Assembly (NCBI GenBank): GCA_041666205.1
Contig: JBAYHI010000001.1
Location: 90,894 to 154,893 of the forward strand
DNA: 64,000 nt
Direction of reading: 5' to 3'
From: Patescibacteria group bacterium
Lineage (GTDB): Bacteria; Patescibacteriota; Patescibacteriia; UBA9934
Shown here: positions 19,210-25,606 of the stretch, one piece after another
Position numbering within the stretch: the first letter of the stretch is position 1
Layout of the letters: each line of letters begins with the position of its first letter
Made by a program: the position numbers and the translations under genes
The notes under the pieces: generated by a model
Seen by the model: only the letters and a program-made list of their open reading frames with translations
What the model was told of the DNA's origin: nothing
Databases searched by the model: none

Positions 19210-19286
19210 TCGGGCTGTAGCTCAGATGGCTAGAGCGCCTGGTTTGGGACCAGGAGGTCGCTGGTTCGAGCCCAGTCAGCCCGACC
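19210..19286 (+). tRNA. tRNA-Pro (anticodon TGG)
   Basis: CGGGCTG...CCTGG-TTTGGGA-CCAGG...GGTTCGAGCCC...CAGCCCG-A-CCA. Confidence 0.85.
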
Positions 19287-19300
19287 ATGTAAAATTGAAG

Positions 19301-19376
19301 TGCCGAGGTAGCTCAGTGGTAGAGCAGAGGTCTGAAGAACCTCGTGTCGTGAGTTCAATTCTCACCCTCGGCACCA
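19301..19376 (+). tRNA. tRNA-Phe (anticodon GAA)
   Basis: GCCGAGGTAGCTCAGTGGTAGAGCAGAGGT-CTGAAGA-ACCTC...GAGTTCAATTCTCAC-CCTCGGC-A-CCA. Confidence 0.9.
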
Positions 19377-19426
19377 GATAAGAATGAATTCCCCGAGAGG
19401 GGATTTTTGATATAAAATATCTGCAT

Positions 19427-19897
19427 ATGATCTCATGCAAGAATAACCGAGACGAAGAAGTGATCCTCCCCAAGGAAAAATTTCGTTTTCGTCCAAGCGT
19501 CTATGGAATTATCCGCAATGGCGATAAGATTTGTATCTGCACCAATAAAGGAAACGGGAAGTATTGGTTTCCTGGTGGGGGAATAAATGTCTGTGAGTTA
19601 AGGAAGGATGCGCTTTTACGTGAAATTGATGAAGAAACCGGGCTCAAGAATGTACAAATTGGGCCATTAGTTGGGTCGCATGAGAATTTTTATTACTACG
19701 AGCCAACAGACGAAGCTTCTCATTATTATCTATTTTTCTATGAGTGCCAGACGAATGAGGTGACACTGAAAACCAATGAGGAAATTGATGACGATGAGGT
19801 GATAAATGTAAAATGGGTCAGTATTTCGGAACTAAAGAAAGACGATTTTTCGGGTTTGAACGATGAAATTTTCGGAATGATCCAGGCCCTCAAATAA
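19427..19897 (+). CDS. NUDIX hydrolase
   Basis: The Nudix box GGGINVCELRKDALLREIDEETGL (GX5EX7REUXEEXGU). The gene is flanked at 19383-19405 and 19912-19935 by copies of the same hairpin-plus-T-run element CCCCGAGAGGGGATTTTT. Confidence 0.8.
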   Translation: MISCKNNRDEEVILPKEKFRFRPSVYGIIRNGDKICICTNKGNGKYWFPGGGINVCELRKDALLREIDEETGLKNVQIGPLVGSHENFYYYEPTDEASHYYLFFYECQTNEVTLKTNEEIDDDEVINVKWVSISELKKDDFSGLNDEIFGMIQALK

Positions 19898-19999
19898 CAT
19901 GGAGTAAAAATTCTCCCCGAGAGGGGATTTTTTTGTTTATCTTGTCTCAAATAGGTTGATGCGATAGAATACGACCAATCTTATTCGTTATTATTTTTT

Positions 20000-20338
20000 A
20001 TGAAAAAGCCTCTTGTCATTGTTGGAGGACTCCTGCTCGCAGTCGGCCTCTTACTTGGGATCATGGGAACTGAACGGATGGTAAAATCTGGTGAGAGTTC
20101 TGATAGTGCCGCGTTTTACTATGTGATGTATGAAGATGCAATAAGCATCGAAGATTATGAAAGTGCTGATATGTACATGAATTGGGCGATTTCTGATTTT
20201 GATCTTTCCGATTCTCGCAAGGCAACGGCGATTGGTGAAGGGGTTACTAGTTTCGTATTATTGGCTGGTGGAGCAGTATTGCTCTTCTTGGGGCTTAAAG
20301 GAAAAAAGAATGGAAAGATGATGAAGCCAATGGTCTAG
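20000..20338 (+). CDS. small membrane protein (two predicted TM helices)
   Basis: Hydrophobic N- and C-terminal segments; followed by the terminator AACTTCC-tcgcaatgg-GGAAGTTTTTTT at 20349-20376. Confidence 0.45.
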   Translation: MKKPLVIVGGLLLAVGLLLGIMGTERMVKSGESSDSAAFYYVMYEDAISIEDYESADMYMNWAISDFDLSDSRKATAIGEGVTSFVLLAGGAVLLFLGLKGKKNGKMMKPMV

Positions 20339-20385
20339 AATTTTTAGAAAACTTCCTCGCAATGGGGAAGTTTTTTTATTGTCTA

Positions 20386-20430
20386 AAAACGCGAAGACTC
20401 CCGGCCAAGGAGTGGGGGAGTCTGAGGGGG
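20386..20430 (-). repeat. 45-bp hairpin/terminator repeat, copy 1 (3' of gene 20436-20840)
   Basis: Minus strand: CCCCTCAGACTCCCCCACTCCTTGGCCGGGAGTCTTCGCGTTTTT, i.e. stem GACTCCC...GGGAGTC plus a T-rich tail. A second copy at 20893-20937 differs by one base. Confidence 0.65.
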
Positions 20431-20435
20431 ACGTG

Positions 20436-20840
20436 CTAGTGGTCGAGTTCCGCCAACACGTTTGCCACGAGTTTGGCGAGCACCTGGCGCCGCAGGTCTG
20501 GGTATGAGTCGGCGATACTCACGAGGAGCCAGAGGGGCATGCCTTGGTGGTCGATTATTGCCCTGCAGACCTCGATCCTCAGATTTTTCGGTGTGAGGTT
20601 CCCGAAGAGGCGTTCGTTCACCTGGCCTCGATTGGCCCACCCTCTATTGAGGATCAGATTCATGGATCTTATCCCGAATCGGACGTCTCCGGCTCCACTT
20701 CGCATGATGAGCCACAGTTCATCAGCTGACGCGTCAGATCTACGTAGCAACGCATCGGCCATCTGTGGGGTACATCGGCCTTCTAGTACCCGGATCGTTA
20801 GCACGCTGGTTTCGAAATCGGCGAAGTTTTCTTCACCCAT
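20436..20840 (-). CDS. hypothetical protein, GC-rich island A, paralog 1 (about 134 aa)
   Basis: ATG at 20840 preceded by AAGGAGGAAT (SD). The codon usage is GC-rich and unlike the neighbours. The ORF-track 5' extension reads through the upstream repeat and is probably not translated. Confidence 0.5.
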   Translation of the reverse strand: MGEENFADFETSVLTIRVLEGRCTPQMADALLRRSDASADELWLIMRSGAGDVRFGIRSMNLILNRGWANRGQVNERLFGNLTPKNLRIEVCRAIIDHQGMPLWLLVSIADSYPDLRRQVLAKLVANVLAELDH

Positions 20841-20892
20841 TGTGAATTCCTCCTTGTTCAATTTTACAGATTGCCGTGGATAAAAACAACCC

Positions 20893-20937
20893 AAAAACGC
20901 GAAGACTCCCGGCCGAGGAGTGGGGGAGTCTGAGGGG
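20893..20937 (-). repeat. 45-bp hairpin/terminator repeat, copy 2 (3' of gene 20951-21355)
   Basis: Near-identical to 20386-20430, with a single A/G difference. Confidence 0.65.
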
Positions 20938-20950
20938 GGTTTGAGACCAT

Positions 20951-21355
20951 CTAGTGCGATGAAGCTTCCCATCGGAGCCTTGCCATGGTGCGGATGATGG
21001 TCGCCTCGGCTTCGTCGCGAAGCTCCGGAAATTCCTCGAAGATGTAGCCCAAGAGTCGTAACCCTGGGTCGAAGAGTTTGTCAGTTGGGCTTGCAGCCTT
21101 CGTGATGAGCCATCGTGCGACCGCGAGTCGCAAGGGGCGCACTCCATTCCATGCGTAGTTGTGATCGTAGAAAATACGCACGAAGAGCATCAAACACTCT
21201 GCTTCGTCGGCCCAGTTGTGGCGAATAAATTGTGCTTCCTTGAGGAGCTCGCCAAGCGCTTCGAGTCGCTTTTCAAGCGACGCCTGTTGGTCCCGAACAG
21301 TCTCGCGCAAACGATCTTCTTTATTATGGTCGTACAAGATGTGCCTCCGGGTCAA
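20951..21355 (-). CDS. hypothetical protein, GC-rich island A, paralog 2 (134 aa)
   Basis: By-eye alignment to 20436-20840 suggests distant paralogy: ADE(L/A)..L, NRGWANRG vs HNYAWNGV, YPDLRRQ vs FPELRDE near the C-terminus. Confidence 0.5.
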   Translation of the reverse strand: MTRRHILYDHNKEDRLRETVRDQQASLEKRLEALGELLKEAQFIRHNWADEAECLMLFVRIFYDHNYAWNGVRPLRLAVARWLITKAASPTDKLFDPGLRLLGYIFEEFPELRDEAEATIIRTMARLRWEASSH

Positions 21356-21383
21356 TTTAACCAGGGAATGTCTGGAAAATCAA

Positions 21384-21418
21384 CCCTCCTTTGCTCCGTA
21401 GAACGGAGCTTCGGAGGA
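21384..21418 (+). repeat. family-2 structured repeat copy between island A and the 16S terminator
   Basis: CCCTCCTTTGCTCCG-TAGAA-CGGAGCTTCGGAGGA. Confidence 0.55.
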
Positions 21419-21593
21419 TTATTTTTACTGAATGTCTTTTTGTAAAAATATAAATCTCCCTTTTGGGGAGTTTCTTATAACTCTAATCGACAATCTACAA
21501 TTTAGAACTATGTGATTACAACGTCTTATTTTCACAATTCCCGAAGGAATTATGAATCGACTTAATCATCTTGTAAAAAGATGAAGTTCCCTA

Positions 21594-23095
21594 GAAAGGA
21601 GGTAATCCATCCACAGCTTCCGCTACGGATGCCTTGTTACGACTTCGTCCCTATTGCTGGTTTTGCCTTCCGCCGCTCTACAGCGACGTTCGGGCACCAC
21701 CAACTCTCTTGACGTGACGGGCGGTGAGTACAAGACCTGAGAACGTATTCAAGGTGGCGTTATGATCCACCTTTACTAGCGATTCCAACTTCATGGAGTC
21801 GAGTTTCAGACTCCAATCCGAACTGAGATTGGTTTTGTGAGATTTGCTCCGCCTCGCGGCTTGGCTTCCCATTGTACCAACCATTGTACCATGCGTGTCG
21901 CCCTGGACGTAAGGGCCACGCTGATTTGACGTCATCCCCTCCTTCCTCCTTCTTGCGAAGGCAGTCTCCCGTGAAAATAATAACACAGGACAGGGGTTGC
22001 GCTCGTTACCCCACTTAAGGGTACACCTCACGGCACGAGCTGACGACAACCGTGCAGCACCTATCTAGCACCCTCGAAGGAGCCTTACTTTCATAAGGTT
22101 AGCAGCTAGTAGTTGAGCCCAGGTGAGGTTTCTCGTGTATCATCGAATTAAACCGCATGGTCCACCGCTTGTGCAGGTCCCCGTCTATTCCTTTGAGTTT
22201 TAACCTTGCGGTCGTACTTCCCAGGCGGAGTGCTTAACGCGTTAGCTTGTTTAAGCGGCACCAAGAGGGTCGATACTCTTGATACCTAGCACTCATCGTT
22301 TACGGCATGGACTACTGGGGTATCTAATCCCATTCGCTACCCATGCTTTCGTACAACAGTGTCAGGAACATTCTAGTTGGCTGCTTTCGCATTTGGTGTT
22401 CTACCTAATCTTAACGGATTTAACCCCTACACTAGGCATTCCGCCAACCTCTCTTGTCCTCGAGTCTTGCAGTATCACCCGCAGCCTCCAGGTTGAGCCT
22501 GAAGATTTAACGAATGACTTACAAAACCACCTACGTACTCTTTACGCCCAATAAATCCGGTCAACGCTCGGGGTCTCTGTATTACCGCTGCTGCTGGCAC
22601 AGAGTTAGCAACCCCTTTCTTCTAAGGTACCGTCATTAATTCGTCCCTTAGGACAGTCGTTTACGACCCGAAGGCCTTCATCCGACACGCGGCATCGCTC
22701 CGTCACACTTTCGTGCATTGCGGAATATTCTTGACTGCAGCCTCCCGTAGGAGTCTGGGCAGTATCTCAGTCCCAGTGAGCCGGGTCACGCTCTCACGCC
22801 CGGTATCCGTCATAGCCTTGGTGAGCCATTACCTCACCAACTAGCTGATAGAACATAGGCCCTTCCCGAACCGATAAATCTTTCAATGAGAATGACTTTC
22901 GTCCCCTCATCAGTATCGCGTATTAGCCCACGTTTCCATGGGTTATTCGCGAGTTCAGGGTAGGTTACCAATGCGTTACTCTCCCGTTTGCCACTAACAT
23001 CAGTGGAGCAAGCTCCACTAAAATTCGTTCGACTTGCATGCCTTAGACATGCCGCCAGCGTTCGACCTGAGCTAGGATCAAACTCTCATATATAG
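21594..23095 (-). rRNA. rrs: 16S ribosomal RNA
   Basis: The 5' end reads ...GAGAGTTTGATCCTAGCTCAG (reverse complement near 23067-23086), the 3' end ...GGATTACCTCCTTTCT (near 21595), and conserved internal blocks such as GTGCCAGCAGCCGCGGTAATAC are present. Confidence 0.9.
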
Positions 23096-23215
23096 TACTT
23101 TTGCAATCCCGAAGGATTGTTCAAAGCCTCTACTCAATAATAGACGTTGTAATCACACAATTTTAAATTGTTGTGGTTGTCGATTACAGTTGTGAAAGGC
23201 CGTATAACGAGCGGT

Positions 23216-23244
23216 ACTTTACCAGGAGCCTGAAAACCTGTCAA
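23216..23244 (-). promoter_or_regulatory. 16S rRNA promoter (TTGACA-17-TAAAGT)
   Basis: On the minus strand, TTGACA is the reverse complement of 23239-23244 and TAAAGT of 23216-23221, about 120 nt upstream of the 16S 5' end. The leader's UGUGAUUACAACGUCU can pair with the trailer at 21513-21528, a processing stem. Confidence 0.55.
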
Positions 23245-23285
23245 GGAAATATGGGTAAATCGTCAAAAAGAAAAACAGCACCGTT

Positions 23286-23954
23286 TTAGGTGCGTTTTTC
23301 TTGGGCATTTCGCCAGGCCTCAATTTCCTTGTGATTTCCCGATAAGAGCACAGGTGGGACATGTAAATCCTTCTTTTTTCGGCCGATTTTTAGCGTATAC
23401 GTTTCGGGCTTTGTGTACTGCGGATATTCGAGCACGCCGGCTTCTGTATGAGATTCTGCGTCGAGCGATTCTTTTGCTCCCAAGACGCCAGGAATTTGGC
23501 GCGCAATGGCGTCGCACATCACAAGGGCAGGGAGTTCACCACCGGTGAGAACGAAATCGCCAATGGAAAGCGCTTCATCTGCAATCGCATCCTCGACTCG
23601 CTGATCAATGCCTTCGTAGCGTCCGCAAATGAAGATAAGGTGACCATATTTTGCGAGTCGCACGGCGTCTTCTTGCGTGAATCGTTTTCCGCTCGCAGAC
23701 GTGATAATTACATGCGTTCCTTTTTTCTTGAATTTGCGTACGGCGTCGGCGATTGGTTGCACGGTCATAACCATACCCGGGCCTCCACCGTATGGGGTAT
23801 CGTCGACTTTGCCGTGTTTGTCTTTGGAAAATGCACGAATATCGTGCGCCTCAATGCGAATGAGTTTTTCTTTTTGCGCGCGACCCAAAATCGACGCCTC
23901 TGAATAAGGTGTGATTGTCTCTGGGAAGATTGTGAGGATGTCGTAGCGCTTCAT
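23286..23954 (-). CDS. trmD: tRNA (guanine37-N1)-methyltransferase
   Basis: MKRYDILTIFPE...GGGPGMVM...GRYEGIDQRV are TrmD hallmarks; followed on the minus strand by the terminator GCACCTAAAACGGTGCTGTTTTT. Confidence 0.9.
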   Translation of the reverse strand: MKRYDILTIFPETITPYSEASILGRAQKEKLIRIEAHDIRAFSKDKHGKVDDTPYGGGPGMVMTVQPIADAVRKFKKKGTHVIITSASGKRFTQEDAVRLAKYGHLIFICGRYEGIDQRVEDAIADEALSIGDFVLTGGELPALVMCDAIARQIPGVLGAKESLDAESHTEAGVLEYPQYTKPETYTLKIGRKKKDLHVPPVLLSGNHKEIEAWRNAQEKRT

Positions 23955-24021
23955 AATGTAGGCTATTTTTAGCATAAATTTTCGGTTTTGTAAAGCGATT
24001 TGGTATAATACTCGCAACAAT

Positions 24022-24234
24022 ATGCTAAAGAAATTCAAAAATCTCAAACATAATCACCAGCTCATTTTTAGTCTCATTATTATCTCGGGAGTAACCGGGG
24101 TTTGGCGGGGGATATGGGGACTGTTGGACGTCTTTTTCATTCCCGGTGATTTGACTCTAAGTTACTCGCTCTCACTCATTCTTGGCATTGTCATTATCAC
24201 AATCACGCACTATACGATTGATCGAATCGTCTAA
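24022..24234 (+). CDS. small hydrophobic protein (70 aa)
   Basis: An ORF with two predicted TM segments right after a TATAAT-like element; there is no homology-based support. Confidence 0.3.
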   Translation: MLKKFKNLKHNHQLIFSLIIISGVTGVWRGIWGLLDVFFIPGDLTLSYSLSLILGIVIITITHYTIDRIV

Positions 24235-24235
24235 A

Positions 24236-24273
24236 ATAAAAAAAATCACGGCCCCTTGCGGAGTCGTGATTTG
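24236..24273. repeat. bidirectional-terminator-like repeat, copy 1 (AAAAATCACGGCCCCTTGCGGAGTCGTGATTT)
   Basis: Stem ATCACG...CGTGAT flanked by an A-run and a T-run; a near-identical copy lies at 24626-24661. The perfect palindrome CCCCACGGCAGCTGCCGTGGGG at 24284-24305 lies between. Confidence 0.6.
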
Positions 24274-24324
24274 TAAAATTTAACCCCACGGCAGCTGCCG
24301 TGGGGCTTGAAGTGCGTCCCGGAT

Positions 24325-24534
24325 TTACCGAGGGATCTTCCGCAGATTGGCCGACATCGTCCAGCTGATCACCTCGACATGGTCGCTATCCCAGTGCACC
24401 GGAACACACCTGTATTCGGCTATTTCATCGTCCACATCATAGCCGGGATCAACTACGGTACCTCGCGAATCTCCACCGGAAGTCACTCTATCTCCGACCT
24501 CAAAACCGTAGTAGTTCCTGTAGTGGATGGGCAT
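24325..24534 (-). CDS. small hypothetical protein (about 69 aa) inside a repeat-flanked GC-rich cassette
   Basis: ATG at 24534 preceded by GAGGAGGAAGAC (SD); translates as MPIHYRNYYGFEVGDRVTSGGDSRGTVVDPGYDVDDEIAEYRCVPVHWDSDHVEVISWTMSANLRKIPR. Confidence 0.4.
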   Translation of the reverse strand: MPIHYRNYYGFEVGDRVTSGGDSRGTVVDPGYDVDDEIAEYRCVPVHWDSDHVEVISWTMSANLRKIPR

Positions 24535-24625
24535 GTCTTCCTCCTCACGATGCGCATTAGTTTTTAAGTACAGCACTTTATCATAATTGATGATTTTGTA
24601 TAGTGAAACATGTTTAACGCAAAAC

Positions 24626-24661
24626 AAAAATCACGGCCCCTCGCGGAGTCGTGATTTTTTT
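24626..24661. repeat. bidirectional-terminator-like repeat, copy 2
   Basis: AAAAATCACGGCCCCTCGCGGAGTCGTGATTTTTTT. Confidence 0.6.
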
Positions 24662-24666
24662 GTTGA

Positions 24667-25008
24667 CTAGAAGCTCAAGTTGTCGACGACAGTCGTATCG
24701 GCTTCCTCTTCGGCCACAGGAGCTGCGGCAACTGCTGCGCGTGGGGCTCGATTCATCCGTGAACCTTCTGGTTCATAGATTTTCAAGTTGACGCGAGCAT
24801 TTTCCTTGGCTCCAACAATCTTGAGAAGGGTTCGGATGGCGCGAGCGGTTTGACCCGATCGACCAATCACGTACCCCATATCCTCTGGATTGATGTGGAG
24901 GGTGATGAGGACTCCGCGTTCATCGATCGTTCGTTCTGTACGGACATCATCTGGGTGATTCACGATCTCCCGAACAATACCCTCAACGAACTGCTGATCC
25001 TTTTCCAT
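24667..25008 (-). CDS. KH-domain RNA-binding protein (KhpA/YlqC-like) with Ala/Glu-rich C-terminal tail
   Basis: VIGRSGQTARAIRTLL is a GxxG KH signature; it lies between rpsP and trmD, the conserved location of this family. Confidence 0.8.
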   Translation of the reverse strand: MEKDQQFVEGIVREIVNHPDDVRTERTIDERGVLITLHINPEDMGYVIGRSGQTARAIRTLLKIVGAKENARVNLKIYEPEGSRMNRAPRAAVAAAPVAEEEADTTVVDNLSF

Positions 25009-25160
25009 ACAATTCTTCAATAACGGTTTTAGTATTGCTATAAACTTCGTGGCGACCTTTATAACCAGGAAATTCACTAGCCCCAGTATCCTAACATGGT
25101 GAGGAAATGGGCGTCAATAAAAAATAGCCCGTCCTTTTCTGAGAGGAGGGGCCATCTTTT

Positions 25161-25511
25161 TTATGCAGCGACTGCTTCTTTTGCCGGAGCTTCTGCTTTT
25201 TTGGCTTCGAGCGCTGCGGCTCGGCGTTTTGTGATTTTTACGGACTTCACTTTTTCTGTGCTGAGGAGTTTTGCATCCACGAGCATATTGTGAACCGTAT
25301 TGGATGGCTGTGCGCCTTTTGCGAGCCATTCTGTAATGCGGTCGGCTTGCAATTCGATGCGTGGTGGGTTTGATCGGGGATCAAAGAGCCCAACAACTTC
25401 GATTGCTGGCGACCAGGGGTCGCGGTGGCTATTCTGCACAACCATGCGGTACTGTGGTTGGCTTCGTTTGCCAATGCGAGAAAGACGAATAGTAATCATA
25501 GGTAGCGCCAT
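25161..25511 (-). CDS. rpsP: 30S ribosomal protein S16 with Ala/Lys-rich C-terminal extension
   Basis: MITIRLSRIGKRSQPQYRMVVQNSHRDPWSPAIEVVGLFDPRS matches the S16 core. The start may be 25499 instead. Confidence 0.85.
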   Translation of the reverse strand: MALPMITIRLSRIGKRSQPQYRMVVQNSHRDPWSPAIEVVGLFDPRSNPPRIELQADRITEWLAKGAQPSNTVHNMLVDAKLLSTEKVKSVKITKRRAAALEAKKAEAPAKEAVAA

Positions 25512-25606
25512 GGTACGGAAATAGCCATCCTTTGTCAAGTCCTGCCACGGCAAAAAGAAAACCGCCTTGGAAGGCGGTTTTCGTAAGGGTTTGGCATGCC
25601 AAACTC

